Shown in pieces: positions 44,696 to 55,663 of a DNA stretch of 64,000 nucleotides. The position numbers and the translations under genes are program-made. Source of the DNA: Vreelandella subglaciescola (GTDB taxonomy: Bacteria > Pseudomonadota > Gammaproteobacteria > Pseudomonadales > Halomonadaceae); the NCBI GenBank assembly GCA_030454225.1, contig JAKDRW010000002.1, forward strand, positions 4,787-68,786. Reading direction: 5' to 3'. The notes below the pieces were generated by a model. The model was given only the letters and a program-made list of their open reading frames with translations. It did not search any database and was not told where the DNA came from. Every line of letters begins with the position of its first letter. The first letter of the stretch is position 1.

Positions 44696-45550
44696 ATGAT
44701 GACACATAGGCGTACGGGCACATTGTACGTGGTTGCCACACCAATTGGGAACTTGGACGACCTGAGCGCGCGCGCCGCGACAATTCTGGGTAGCGTTGCG
44801 CGTGTTGCCGCCGAAGACACGCGCCACAGCGGCCGTCTGCTGGGACGCCTGGGCATCAGCGTGCCGATGCTTTCTCTGCACGATCACAATGAAGCCGCGC
44901 GGGTCGCGCAGCTGACCGAGTACCTCGCTGCCGGCGAAGACATCGCGCTGATCAGCGATGCCGGCACGCCTTTGATCAGCGATCCCGGTTTTATCCTGGT
45001 GCGCGAACTGCGCGCGCTGGACTATCCGGTGGTGCCGATACCCGGACCCTCGGCGCTGATTACGGCGCTGAGCGCCGCCGGGTTACCCACTGACCGGTTT
45101 CACTTTGGCGGCTTTTTGCCGGCCAAGCCCGGCGCGCGCAAGCAGGCGCTCGACGCGCTGCGCGAGCGCGAAGAAACGCTGGTGTTTTATGAGTCGCCGC
45201 ACCGCATTTTGCACACCCTCGATACCCTTGACGCGGTGATGCCCGAGCGTCCGCTGGTGCTTGCCCGCGAGCTGACTAAAACCTTCGAAACATTTTTGGC
45301 GGGGACGCCGGCGCTACTTCGCGAACGGCTGTTGAGCGACCCCAATCAGGCGCGGGGCGAATTTGTGCTGATGATCGAAGGCGCTCGACCAACGGCCGAT
45401 AACGAACAGCAGGAGGTCTCTGCCGATGCGCTGCTGGAAGCACTGCTGGCCGAAGGCGTCGGCGTTAAGCAGGGAGCAGGCGTGGCGGCGCGTCTGCTCG
45501 GTGGGCGCAAGCAGACCTGGTATGCACGATTGCAAGCCATCAAGGATTAA
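44696..45550 (+). CDS. rsmI: 16S rRNA C1402 2'-O-methyltransferase
   Basis: LYVVATPIGNL.D, AEDTR, SDAGTPLISDPG, YESPHR and RELTK.FE motifs. Confidence 0.97.
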   Translation: MMTHRRTGTLYVVATPIGNLDDLSARAATILGSVARVAAEDTRHSGRLLGRLGISVPMLSLHDHNEAARVAQLTEYLAAGEDIALISDAGTPLISDPGFILVRELRALDYPVVPIPGPSALITALSAAGLPTDRFHFGGFLPAKPGARKQALDALREREETLVFYESPHRILHTLDTLDAVMPERPLVLARELTKTFETFLAGTPALLRERLLSDPNQARGEFVLMIEGARPTADNEQQEVSADALLEALLAEGVGVKQGAGVAARLLGGRKQTWYARLQAIKD

Positions 45551-45599
45551 CGTGCGATGACGATTGAGGCGGGGCAAGCGCGCTGTTATGCTTGCCCGC

Positions 45600-45945
<346 letters not shown>

Positions 45946-46034
45946 CCCATCAGCGGCAGGGCGCCAAGGCGTCCTGCCCGATCGCTGTATCGCCCGTCTT
46001 GAATCCTGTCGTTAACTTTATGCGTGAGAGCCAC

Positions 46035-46994
46035 ATGTCTTTACCCGATGCGGATCAGGCTGCTGCCCGCTTTCGCCATACCAGCGTCCTGCTGGACGGT
46101 GCCGTGGAGTCCCTTGTACACGCGCCGGATGGCGTCTATCTGGACGGCACCTTTGGTCGCGGCGGGCACTCTCGCGCCATTTTAGAACGCCTGGGAGAGA
46201 ACGGCCGGCTGCTGGCCATGGATCGTGATCCGCAGGCGATCGCGGCCGCCGAGTCGATCGACGACGCGCGCTTTGAGATTACCCGTCAAGCCTTTGCCCA
46301 GCTCGGCGAGTATGCCCGCGAGCAGGGCGTGCACGGCAAGCTTGCGGGGATTTTGCTGGATATCGGCGTGTCTTCACCGCAGCTGGACGACCCCGAGCGC
46401 GGCTTTAGCTTTATGCGCGACGGCCCGCTGGATATGCGCATGGATCCGACTCAGGGCGAAAGCGCGGCCGCGTTTTTGGCGCGCGCAAGCGAGGCCGATA
46501 TTGCCCAGGTGTTCAAGGTTTACGGCGAAGAACGTTTTGGCAAACGCCTGGCGCGTGCGGTGGTCACGCGGCGCGGGCAGGTCCCCTTTACCCGCACGGT
46601 CGATCTGGCTGAGGTCTTGAAGGCGGCGCATCCGGCCTGGGAAAAAGGACGCCATCCGGCCACCAAGGCGTTTCAGGGGTTGCGGATTTATCTCAACGGC
46701 GAACTGGATCAGCTTGATGCAGCGCTTGATGCAGCGCTCGAGGCGCTAGCGCCCGGCGGTCACCTGGTAGTCATCAGCTTTCATTCGCTGGAAGATCGTC
46801 GCGTCAAACGCTTTATTCGCCACCACGTGCGCGGCGACACCCACGTGCCGCGGGGGATACCGCTGCGTGACGATCAGCTCAATCGTCGCCTCAAAGCGCT
46901 GGGCAAGGCACAGCGCGCCAGCCCCGGTGAAGTGACCGACAACCCCCGTGCGCGCAGCGCTGTCATGCGGGCCGCGTGTAAATTGGGAGAGTAA
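46035..46994 (+). CDS. rsmH: 16S rRNA C1402 N4-methyltransferase
   Basis: [39 protein letters not shown] and NPRARSA motifs. Confidence 0.97.
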   Translation: MSLPDADQAAARFRHTSVLLDGAVESLVHAPDGVYLDGTFGRGGHSRAILERLGENGRLLAMDRDPQAIAAAESIDDARFEITRQAFAQLGEYAREQGVHGKLAGILLDIGVSSPQLDDPERGFSFMRDGPLDMRMDPTQGESAAAFLARASEADIAQVFKVYGEERFGKRLARAVVTRRGQVPFTRTVDLAEVLKAAHPAWEKGRHPATKAFQGLRIYLNGELDQLDAALDAALEALAPGGHLVVISFHSLEDRRVKRFIRHHVRGDTHVPRGIPLRDDQLNRRLKALGKAQRASPGEVTDNPRARSAVMRAACKLGE

Positions 46995-46997
46995 GCG

Positions 46998-47360
46998 ATG
47001 GCCGGCCACGCAATGACGCACAGACAGGAAAGAGGGCGGTTTCGCCAGTGGGTGGCAAGCGCCGAGCGGCCGCGTTCGCTGCGTGTCTGCCTGCGACCCT
47101 GGCCGTTGATTATCGCTGTGCTGATGTTTGGCTGCCTGGCGACGGGGTTTGCCGTCGTGGCGATCACCCACGAAACCCGTACGCAGTACGCCGCGTTGCA
47201 AACCCTCGAACAGGAAAAAAATCAGCTGCATACCGAGTGGGGGCAGCTGCTGCTGGAAGACGGCGCCTGGTCCACGCCTGCGCGAATTGAAAAGATTGCC
47301 ACGGAGCGTTTAAACATGCGCATTCCTGACGTGCACGACGTCGAGGTCATTAACCCGTGA
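46998..47360 (+). CDS. ftsL: Cell division protein FtsL (start may be 47013)
   Basis: Single TM, coiled coil and EWGQLLLE...RIE..A...L.M motif. Confidence 0.92.
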   Translation: MAGHAMTHRQERGRFRQWVASAERPRSLRVCLRPWPLIIAVLMFGCLATGFAVVAITHETRTQYAALQTLEQEKNQLHTEWGQLLLEDGAWSTPARIEKIATERLNMRIPDVHDVEVINP

Positions 47361-49066
47361 GCGTTAAGCGCCGCGACGATGCGGCTCAGCCAGCGCCGGT
47401 GGCGCCGCCGCTAGGCGGGGGGCGTTTTCTGATTATCCTGCTGGCGATTGCGCTGGTGGCCACGGTGCTGGTCGGACGCATTACTTTGCTGCAGGTGATC
47501 GATCGGCCGTTTTTGCAAAGTCAGGGCGACGCCCGCACCCTGCGCCACGAAACCATTCCCGCCCACCGCGGCATGATTGCCGATCGCCACGGCGATCCGC
47601 TCGCTATCTCGACGCCGGTAATGACGCTTTGGGCCAACCCCCAGGAGCTGCCTGACGATCCGGTTCAGCGTGTGGTGCTGGCCCAGGCGCTGGGCATGAG
47701 CCTGGTCGCGCTGGATGAACGAGTGGCTCGCTACAGCGAGCACGAATTCATGTATCTGCGCCGCCAGATGACGCCTCAGGCGGCGCAGGAAGTGCTCGAT
47801 CTGCGCATGCCGGGGGTTTATTCGCAGCAGGAATACAAGCGCTACTACCCGTCGGGCGAGGTCGCCGCCCAGCTGGTCGGCGTGACCGACGTCGATGATA
47901 AAGGGCAGGAAGGGCTTGAGCTTGCCTACCAGCCGTATTTGGCCGGTCGGCTCGGCCAGCGGCGCATTTTACAGGATCGGCGCGGGCGGCTGGTGCGCGA
48001 GCTGGATAGGGTGCGCGAAGCCAAGCCCGGCGGCGATTTAACGCTGTCCATCGATCAGCGCCTGCAATATATGGCCTACCGCGAGCTGCGCGCCGCGGTG
48101 GAGGACAACGACGCCGACGGCGGCGTGCTGGTGATGCTCGATGCGCGTACCGGCGAAGTGCTGGCGATGGTTAACCTGCCGTCGTACAACCCCAACAACC
48201 GTGCCGGGCTGGATCCGCGCGGGCTGCGTAACCAGGCGCTGGTTGACGTCTTCGAGCCGGGCTCGGTGGTCAAGCCGCTGGCGATGTCGGCGGTGCTCGA
48301 ACATCCGCGTTTCACCCCCGATACGATCCTTGATACCGCGCCTGGCTGGATGGTGATTGATGGGTTTACCATCCGCGACTTTCGTAACTACGGCGAGTTA
48401 AGCCTGACCGACGTGCTGGTCAAGTCGTCGAATATCGGCATGTCGCGCCTGGCGCTGAAGCTTGACGACACGGAAATCTGGGAGCGTTACAACCAGCTGG
48501 GTTTCTCGCATGCGCCGGGCTCGGGGTTTCCCGGGGAAGCCGCCGGTAGCCTCCCCGACACGGTCAATTTTTCGCGCAGCGAGCGCGCTTCGCTGGCCTA
48601 CGGCTACGGGCTATCGGTGTCGGCGATGCAGCTGGCCAGCGCCTATACCGCGATTGCCAACCACGGGGTACGCATGCTGCCGTCGCTTTTGAAGCTCAGC
48701 GAAATGCCGGTGGGAGTGGCCGCGATGGAGCCCGACGTGGCCGACCAACTGCTGGATATGCTCGAGGCCGTGGTCGGGCCGAATGCCGGCGGCCGGCGCG
48801 CCCGGGTCGAGGGCTATCGCGTGGCCGGCAAGACCGGCACCGTGCGCAAGACCGGCGTGAGTGGCTATGACGAAGATGCCTATCGCAGCGTGTTTGTGGG
48901 CATTGCGCCGGTCTCGAACCCGCGCATTGTGACGGCGGTAATGATTGACCACCCCAAAGCCGGCGATTTTTATGGCGGCGCGGTGGCAGCGCCGGTCTTT
49001 TCGGATGTGGCAGGCAATGCGCTGCGGTTGCTGGATGTGCCGCCCGACGAACAAGGCGCGCCCTAG
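47357..49066 (+). CDS. ftsI: Penicillin-binding protein 3
   Basis: RG.I.DR.G.PLA, R.YP.GE, FEPGSVVK (SxxK), KSSN (SxN) and KTGT motifs. Confidence 0.97.
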   Translation: MSVKRRDDAAQPAPVAPPLGGGRFLIILLAIALVATVLVGRITLLQVIDRPFLQSQGDARTLRHETIPAHRGMIADRHGDPLAISTPVMTLWANPQELPDDPVQRVVLAQALGMSLVALDERVARYSEHEFMYLRRQMTPQAAQEVLDLRMPGVYSQQEYKRYYPSGEVAAQLVGVTDVDDKGQEGLELAYQPYLAGRLGQRRILQDRRGRLVRELDRVREAKPGGDLTLSIDQRLQYMAYRELRAAVEDNDADGGVLVMLDARTGEVLAMVNLPSYNPNNRAGLDPRGLRNQALVDVFEPGSVVKPLAMSAVLEHPRFTPDTILDTAPGWMVIDGFTIRDFRNYGELSLTDVLVKSSNIGMSRLALKLDDTEIWERYNQLGFSHAPGSGFPGEAAGSLPDTVNFSRSERASLAYGYGLSVSAMQLASAYTAIANHGVRMLPSLLKLSEMPVGVAAMEPDVADQLLDMLEAVVGPNAGGRRARVEGYRVAGKTGTVRKTGVSGYDEDAYRSVFVGIAPVSNPRIVTAVMIDHPKAGDFYGGAVAAPVFSDVAGNALRLLDVPPDEQGAP

Positions 49067-49080
49067 GTTAAGGAGACAGC

Positions 49081-50574
49081 ATGACACTTACCGCAAGCGA
49101 TGTAATGACGGCGTTGACACAGGTATGGCCAACGGCGACTTTTCCTCAAGCGCTTCCCGCGCTGCCCGAGGCAGTCCGGTTGATTAGCGATTCGCGCCAG
49201 GTCGCCGACGGCGATATTTTTGTCGCCGTGCCCGGCAGCCAGGCCGACGGGCGCGACTATATCGAGCAGGCGCTTGCCGCCGGTGCCGGGCTGGTGCTCA
49301 AGCATGCGCGTGACGGCGAGGTGGCGCTTGATGGCCGCGTGCTGACCATGCCGCACCTGTCGCTACGCCTGGGCGAGCTGGGCCAGGCGCTGTTTGCCGT
49401 CCCCGCCGCGCTCGAGATCATTGCCGTGACCGGCACCAACGGCAAAAGCTCGGTGACGCACTACATTGCCGATTTGAGCGAGCAGCTGGGCACCGCGGTC
49501 GGCGTCGTCGGCACGCTGGGCGTCGGGCGCACCGGGGCGCTTGCCGATACCGGGCTGACCACGCCCGGGCCATTAACGCTACAGGCAACGCTTGGCGATA
49601 TGGCGCAGCAGGGAATCCAGCGTATCGCGCTGGAAGCGTCGTCCCACGCGCTGGATCAGGATCGCCTCGACGCGGTTAACGTCACCGCCGGGGTATTTAC
49701 CAACCTGAGTCGCGATCATCTGGATTATCACGGCAGCATGGCCGCCTACGCGGCGACCAAGGCCAAGCTGTTTCGTCGTAGCGAGCTTGATCTGGCGGTG
49801 GTTAACGCCGATGACCCGCTGGCGCGGCTGATGCTCGCCGGCTGCCACGCTAGCACCCGGGTGCTGGCCACCGGCCAGGATGAGTCGGTCACGCTGCGCG
49901 TGCTCGAGTGGCATCCGCACGCCACCGGGCAGCAGGCGCTGATTGCGACACCCGAGGCCGAAAAAGTCCTTTCGCTTAAACTGATGGGGCGTTTCAATCT
50001 GGATAACGTATTGCTGGCCATGGCCGCGCTTTACGGGCTGGGCGAGCCGCTCGACGCGCTGGTGGACGCCGCGGCCCGCATCGAGCCGGTGCCGGGACGT
50101 ATGGCGCTTTATCGCGAGGCCGGTGCGCCAAGCGTGGTGATCGACTACGCGCATACGCCCGAGGCGCTGAAAAATGCGCTGGTCGCGCTGCGGGCGCACC
50201 TCGGCAGCGCTGGCCGGCTGTGGTGCGTGTTTGGCTGCGGCGGCGACCGCGATAGCGGCAAACGTGCGGCGATGGCCAGGATGGCCGAGGCCTACGCGGA
50301 CTGCGCAGTGGTCACCGACGACAACCCGCGCAGCGAGTCGCCGGCAGCCATTCGCCAAGCGATACTCGCAGGCTTTGGCGATGCCGCCGAGGTGCTGGAA
50401 GTCGGTGAGCGCCGCCGCGCCATTGCCGAGGCGATTGCCCGCGCTGACCGCAATGATGTCGTGCTGATTGCGGGTAAGGGGCATGAGCCCTACCAGGAAA
50501 TTGATGGCGTGCGCCACGCCTACCGCGACAGCGACGAAGTGCAGCAGGCGCTGGCCGCGCGGAGCGGGGCATGA
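49081..50574 (+). CDS. murE: UDP-MurNAc-dipeptide--meso-DAP ligase
   Basis: VTGTNGKSS, EASSH, DHLDYH, DYAHTP, GCGGDRD and DNPR motifs. Confidence 0.97.
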   Translation: MTLTASDVMTALTQVWPTATFPQALPALPEAVRLISDSRQVADGDIFVAVPGSQADGRDYIEQALAAGAGLVLKHARDGEVALDGRVLTMPHLSLRLGELGQALFAVPAALEIIAVTGTNGKSSVTHYIADLSEQLGTAVGVVGTLGVGRTGALADTGLTTPGPLTLQATLGDMAQQGIQRIALEASSHALDQDRLDAVNVTAGVFTNLSRDHLDYHGSMAAYAATKAKLFRRSELDLAVVNADDPLARLMLAGCHASTRVLATGQDESVTLRVLEWHPHATGQQALIATPEAEKVLSLKLMGRFNLDNVLLAMAALYGLGEPLDALVDAAARIEPVPGRMALYREAGAPSVVIDYAHTPEALKNALVALRAHLGSAGRLWCVFGCGGDRDSGKRAAMARMAEAYADCAVVTDDNPRSESPAAIRQAILAGFGDAAEVLEVGERRRAIAEAIARADRNDVVLIAGKGHEPYQEIDGVRHAYRDSDEVQQALAARSGA

Positions 50575-51929
50575 TGCCGTTAACGCTGGGTAGCATCGCC
50601 GCTGCGGTGGGCGGGGAGTGCGCCGCTGCGCGACAGGATCTGGCGCTGGGCGTGGTGGTGACCGATACCCGCGCCGTTGTGCCGGGGTGTTTGTTTGTCG
50701 CCCTGGTGGGCGAGCGCTTTGACGGCCACGATTTTATCGCCGAGGCGCAGCGCCGCGGTGCTGTCGCCGCGCTGGTCGAGCGTACCTGCGACGCGGCCTT
50801 GCCTCAGATTACCTGCGCCGATACCCGGCTGGCGCTGGGGCTGTTGGCGCGCGCCTGGCGCAAGGCGTTTTCCAGCCCGCTGGTGGGCGTCACCGGCAAC
50901 AGCGGCAAAACCACGGTGAAAGAGCTTGTCGCCGCGCTGCTGGCGCCGCTCGGGCCGGTGCATGCTACCCAGGGCAATTTGAACAACGACATTGGCGCCC
51001 CGCTCACGCTGTTGGGGCTTGAGCCGCAACACCGGGCGGCGGTGGTGGAGCTGGGTGCCAATCATCTGGGTGAGATTGCCTGGACAACGCGGCTGGCCAT
51101 GCCGCAGATCGCCGTGATTACCAACGTGACCGGTGCTCACGTGGGTGAGTTCGGCGGCATGGGGCAAATCGCCCAGGCTAAAAGTGAGATTCTGCAGGGA
51201 TTAGCCGCCGACGGCGTGGCGGTACTCAATCGCGATGATCCTTACTTTGCGTTCTGGTCGCAGTGCGCCGCGCCCAATGCCGTGATGGGTTTCGGGTTAC
51301 ATCCTGATGCAGACGTGCACGCGCGCGCGCTTTCCTGCGACGCCCGGGGGCGTTATGCTTTCACGCTGGTGGTGGGCGGCGTCGCGCTAGGGCAGGTGAC
51401 GCTGGGACTTATCGGTCAGCACAACGTCAGCAACGCGCTGGCGGCGGCGGCGGCGGCGCTGGCGCTGGGCGTCACGCCCAGGCGCGTGATCGACGGCCTG
51501 TGCCAGGCACAAGCGCTTTCGGGGCGGCTGTGCGTCGTTCCCGGCGTGCGCGACACCACGCTGCTGGACGATTCTTACAATGCCAATCCCGGCGCGGTCA
51601 AGGCGGCGCTGGAGACGCTTTCACGCCTTCCGCCGCCGCGCTGGTGCGCGCTGGGGGCAATGGGCGAGCTGGGCGAGGCGTCGGCCGCGCTGCACGCCGA
51701 CATAGGCGAATACGCCGCCGCGCTTGGCGTGGAGGCCTTGTATACCCTGGGCGACGCCGCCCGGCCGGCCAGCGCTGCCTTCGGCGCAGGCCGGCATTTT
51801 GACGACTACGCCGCACTCGAGAAACATCTGCAAAACGCGCTGCCCACGGGCACGAGTTTACTCGTCAAGGGCTCCCGAAGCGCAGGCATGGAGCGGCTGA
51901 TCGCCGCCCTGCGCATGGATAAACAATAA
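50571..51929 (+). CDS. murF: UDP-MurNAc-tripeptide--D-Ala-D-Ala ligase
   Basis: GERFDGH, TGNSGKTT.KE, GNLNN.IG.P, ELGANH.GEI, DSYNANP and KGSR motifs. Confidence 0.97.
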   Translation: MMPLTLGSIAAAVGGECAAARQDLALGVVVTDTRAVVPGCLFVALVGERFDGHDFIAEAQRRGAVAALVERTCDAALPQITCADTRLALGLLARAWRKAFSSPLVGVTGNSGKTTVKELVAALLAPLGPVHATQGNLNNDIGAPLTLLGLEPQHRAAVVELGANHLGEIAWTTRLAMPQIAVITNVTGAHVGEFGGMGQIAQAKSEILQGLAADGVAVLNRDDPYFAFWSQCAAPNAVMGFGLHPDADVHARALSCDARGRYAFTLVVGGVALGQVTLGLIGQHNVSNALAAAAAALALGVTPRRVIDGLCQAQALSGRLCVVPGVRDTTLLDDSYNANPGAVKAALETLSRLPPPRWCALGAMGELGEASAALHADIGEYAAALGVEALYTLGDAARPASAAFGAGRHFDDYAALEKHLQNALPTGTSLLVKGSRSAGMERLIAALRMDKQ

Positions 51930-51943
51930 GGTAAACGCCGCTC

Positions 51944-53026
51944 ATGTTACTTCATTTGGCGAATTTTTTAGCGCACTACCACAGCGCCTTTCAGGTCTTC
52001 AACTATCTGACGCTGCGCGTTATTTTGGGTGCGCTCACGGCGCTGTTGCTGTGCCTGTGGCTGGGACCGAAAGTGATCCGCCGGCTGGTGGAAGGCCAAA
52101 TTGGCCAGGCCATTCGTGATGACGGCCCGCAGTCGCACCTGTCGAAAGCCGGCACGCCTACCATGGGCGGGGTGATGGTCCTGATTTCCATCGCCATCAG
52201 CACGCTGGTGTGGGCCGATTTGACCAACCATTACGTCTGGGTCGTGCTGGGGGTAACGCTAGGCTTTGGTGCCATTGGCTGGGTAGACGATTACCGCAAG
52301 GTAGTCGAAAAAAATCCGCGCGGGCTGCCGGGCAAGTGGAAATATTTCTGGCAGTCGGTGATAGGGCTTGGCGCTGCCTGCATTCTTTACATGACGGCGG
52401 CAAGCGCGGTGGAAATCAGCCTGCTGATCCCCATGGTGAAAGGCGTCATGCTGCCGCTGGGGCTGTTTTTTATCGTGCTGAGCTACTTTGTCATCGTCGG
52501 CAGCTCCAACGCCGTGAATCTGACCGACGGGCTGGATGGGCTGGCGATTATGCCGACGGTGTTGGTGGCCATGGGGCTTGCGGTGTTTGCCTACGCCAGC
52601 GGCAACGCGGTGTTTGCCGACTACCTGCATATGCCTTTTATTGCCGGCACCGGCGAGCTGGCGGTGTTTTGCGCCACCATTGCCGGCGCGGGGCTGGGCT
52701 TTCTGTGGTTTAACACCTACCCGGCCCAGGTGTTTATGGGCGATGTTGGCTCGCTGGCGCTGGGCGCTGCGTTAGGGGTAGTGGCCGTTATCGTGCGTCA
52801 GGAAATCGTGCTGTTTATCATGGGCGGCATTTTTGTTGTCGAAACGCTGTCGGTCATCCTCCAGGTGGGTTCGTACAAGCTGACCGGGCGACGTGTTTTT
52901 CGCATGGCGCCGCTGCATCACCACTTTGAGCTGAAAGGCTGGCCGGAGCCGCGCGTCATCGTGCGCTTCTGGATCATTACCGTGGTGCTGGTGCTGTTGG
53001 GACTTGCCACGCTAAAAGTGCGCTAA
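51944..53026 (+). CDS. mraY: Phospho-MurNAc-pentapeptide transferase
   Basis: [33 protein letters not shown] and MAPLHHHFE motifs. Confidence 0.98.
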   Translation: MLLHLANFLAHYHSAFQVFNYLTLRVILGALTALLLCLWLGPKVIRRLVEGQIGQAIRDDGPQSHLSKAGTPTMGGVMVLISIAISTLVWADLTNHYVWVVLGVTLGFGAIGWVDDYRKVVEKNPRGLPGKWKYFWQSVIGLGAACILYMTAASAVEISLLIPMVKGVMLPLGLFFIVLSYFVIVGSSNAVNLTDGLDGLAIMPTVLVAMGLAVFAYASGNAVFADYLHMPFIAGTGELAVFCATIAGAGLGFLWFNTYPAQVFMGDVGSLALGAALGVVAVIVRQEIVLFIMGGIFVVETLSVILQVGSYKLTGRRVFRMAPLHHHFELKGWPEPRVIVRFWIITVVLVLLGLATLKVR

Positions 53027-53038
53027 CGGGAGCCTGCA

Positions 53039-54445
53039 ATGACTCTGGTGCCTTGTGGCATGACGCTGGTGGTAGGGTTGGGGCTGTCGGGCCGCGCTAT
53101 TTGTCGACACCTTGCCCGTCTACAGCGGCCCTTTATGGTGGCTGATACCCGCGACGCCCCGCCCGGGCTTGAGGCGTTTCGCGCGGCACATCCCGGTGTG
53201 CGGGTGCACTGCGGGGCGCTTGCCGAACTGGATATGCGCCAGGCCCGGGAAGTGGTGCTGAGTCCCGGCGTCGACCCGCGCACGCCGGGACTGGCGGAGA
53301 TGGCTGAAGAGCGAAACCTGCAAACGGGCGAGCCGCTGGTGGTGGGTGAAATCGCCCTGTTCCGGCGCGCCGTGCGCGCGCCAATCGCGGCGATTACCGG
53401 TTCCAATGCCAAATCCACGGTGACCACGCTACTGGGCGACATGGCCGCCGAGGCGGGTATCAAGGTTGCGGTAGGAGGAAATTTGGGCACGCCGGCGCTG
53501 GACTTGCTCAACGAGTCGCCCACCGCCGAGCTCTACGTGCTGGAACTGTCGAGCTTTCAGCTGGAAACCACGCCGTGGCTGGGTGCCGAGTGTGCGGCGC
53601 TGCTCAATATGAGCGAGGACCACCTGGACCGTCACGGCGACATGCCGGCCTACCGCGCTGCCAAACAGCGCGTTTTTTGTGGCGCCAACCGGGCCGTAGT
53701 GAACGCCGATGACCCGCACACCTGGCCGGCGCCAGCAGCGCTACCGGCCGCCCGCGTGGCGCGGTTTACGACGCAAAAGCCCGAAGGTACCGACTGGGGG
53801 CTCGTCCAGCGCGACGGCAAGACCTGGCTGATGCAGGGCGAAACGCCTTGGCTTGCCGCCAGCGAGCTGCCGGTGGCCGGCCAGCACAACCAGCAAAACG
53901 CGCTGGCTGCCCTGGCCATGGGTCGAGCGCTAGGCATTGACGCCGCCGCGATGCGCGCGGTGCTGCGCCGCTTTTCGGGGCTTGCCCACCGCAGCGAAAA
54001 AGTCGCGTACATCAACGGCGTCACCTGGGTGAACGACTCCAAGGGCACCAACGTTGGCGCCACGCTCGCCGCGGTCAACGGCCTGGGGCCGACGCTTCGC
54101 GGTAAGCTTATCGTGCTGGCCGGGGGCGTGGGCAAAGGCGCTGATTTCGCGCCGTTGGCGGCACCGCTGGCCGCCTATGCGCGCTGCGTGATGCTGTTTG
54201 GCGCGGATGCAGAGCCTATCGCCCGGGCGCTTGACGGCCAGGTGGCCACGCAGCGCTTTGCCGGTTTGCTCGAGGCGACGCAGGCCGCTGCCGCCCTGGC
54301 TGACCCCGGCGACTGCGTGCTGCTGTCACCCGCGTGCGCGAGTCTGGACCAGTTTGCCAACTATCAGGCGCGCGGCGAGGCGTTTTGTGACGCCATACAC
54401 AGCATAGCCCGCTCGGCGGGAAAAGCCGGAGAGGCAGCGCCATGA
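53039..54445 (+). CDS. murD: UDP-MurNAc-L-Ala--D-Glu ligase
   Basis: GLGLSG, SPG, ITGSNAKSTV, ELSSFQLE, NDSKGTN and SPACAS.D.F motifs. Confidence 0.97.
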   Translation: MTLVPCGMTLVVGLGLSGRAICRHLARLQRPFMVADTRDAPPGLEAFRAAHPGVRVHCGALAELDMRQAREVVLSPGVDPRTPGLAEMAEERNLQTGEPLVVGEIALFRRAVRAPIAAITGSNAKSTVTTLLGDMAAEAGIKVAVGGNLGTPALDLLNESPTAELYVLELSSFQLETTPWLGAECAALLNMSEDHLDRHGDMPAYRAAKQRVFCGANRAVVNADDPHTWPAPAALPAARVARFTTQKPEGTDWGLVQRDGKTWLMQGETPWLAASELPVAGQHNQQNALAALAMGRALGIDAAAMRAVLRRFSGLAHRSEKVAYINGVTWVNDSKGTNVGATLAAVNGLGPTLRGKLIVLAGGVGKGADFAPLAAPLAAYARCVMLFGADAEPIARALDGQVATQRFAGLLEATQAAAALADPGDCVLLSPACASLDQFANYQARGEAFCDAIHSIARSAGKAGEAAP

Positions 54446-55626
54446 AAAACCGTATAAAACGACTGCGTGAGATGCTTGGCACCCGCGAGCTGCCCTGCGA
54501 TATCTGGCTGCTGCTCGCCGCGCTGGTGCTCGCCGGCATTGGCTGGGTCATGGTTGGGTCGGCCTCGGTGGGTCTCTCGGAGGATAGCTTCCATTACGCC
54601 GTTCGCCATGGCGTATTTCTGCTCGTGGCAATCAGTGCAGCGGCGGTGACGATGAGCCTGCCGCTCGAGCCTTGGCGGCAAAATGCCGGACTGATTCTGT
54701 TTGCAAGCCTTGCTTTGCTGCTGGTGGTGTTGGTGGTCGGCCAGGACATCAACGGCAGCAAGCGCTGGATTGCGCTGCCCGGGCCGCTGCCCAGCCTGCA
54801 GGTATCGGAGGTAGGCAAGCTGGGGCTGGTGTTTTACATGGCCGCGTTCATGTCGCGCTTTGCCGTCGAACTGCGCACGCGCGCTTTCACCCTGCTGCGC
54901 CCGCTAATGGTGCTTGCGGCACCGCTGGGCCTGCTTTTCCTAGCGCCCGATTTCGGCGGCATGGTGGTCTACACGGTCTGCGTGGTGGGTATGCTGATGA
55001 TGGCCGGCGCCTCGCTGGTGCTGCTCATCGGGGCGGGGTCGGCGCTGGGCTTTGGCGCCGTGCTGCTGGTGATGCTGGAGCCTTACCGGCTGGCGCGTTG
55101 GACAAGTTTTCTTGACCCCTGGGCCGACCAGTTCGCCACCGGCTATCAGCTGACCCAGGCGCTTATCGCCTTTGGCCGCGGGCATGTGACCGGCACCGGG
55201 CTTGGCAATAGCGTACAAAAGCTGCATTTTTTGCCCGAAGCGCACACCGATTTCATTTTTGCCGTGATCGCCGAAGAGCTGGGCATGATCGGCGCCATCG
55301 CGGTGGTGGCGCTGTTTACGCTGTTTATCGTGCGCGCCATGCTCATCGGCCGGCGCGCGGAGGTTGCCGGCCACCTGTTTGCCGCCTATATGAGCTACGG
55401 CATCGGTTTTATCATTGCCGCGCAGGCCTTTATCAATATGGCGGTGAGCTCGGGGCTTTTGCCGACCAAGGGGCTGACGCTGCCGCTGGTCAGCTACGGC
55501 GGCTCGAGCCTGCTGGTCACCGGCGTGATGGTCGGGCTGTTGCTGCGTGCCGACCGTGAAACCCGGCTTTTCCCCAAACGCACGCCGACGCCGGCCAAGC
55601 GGCGCCGCCAGCCGCGCTTATCCTAA
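54442..55626 (+). CDS. ftsW: SEDS peptidoglycan polymerase FtsW
   Basis: NGSKRW, Q.SE..K, GYQL.Q.LIA, LPEAHTDF, EELG and P.KGLTLP.VSYGGSS motifs. Confidence 0.97.
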   Translation: MKNRIKRLREMLGTRELPCDIWLLLAALVLAGIGWVMVGSASVGLSEDSFHYAVRHGVFLLVAISAAAVTMSLPLEPWRQNAGLILFASLALLLVVLVVGQDINGSKRWIALPGPLPSLQVSEVGKLGLVFYMAAFMSRFAVELRTRAFTLLRPLMVLAAPLGLLFLAPDFGGMVVYTVCVVGMLMMAGASLVLLIGAGSALGFGAVLLVMLEPYRLARWTSFLDPWADQFATGYQLTQALIAFGRGHVTGTGLGNSVQKLHFLPEAHTDFIFAVIAEELGMIGAIAVVALFTLFIVRAMLIGRRAEVAGHLFAAYMSYGIGFIIAAQAFINMAVSSGLLPTKGLTLPLVSYGGSSLLVTGVMVGLLLRADRETRLFPKRTPTPAKRRRQPRLS

Positions 55627-55663
55627 TGCGCTTTTGCCACAGGCTTTTAACAGGGAGCAGTGC

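Noticed and set aside
46712-46737. 12-bp tandem repeat in rsmH (LDAA-LDAA)
   Set aside because: It is in frame within an ordinary helix and the protein length is normal.
51441-51458. (GCG)6 run in murF
   Set aside because: It encodes the usual NALAAAA helix, and a triplet repeat cannot frameshift.
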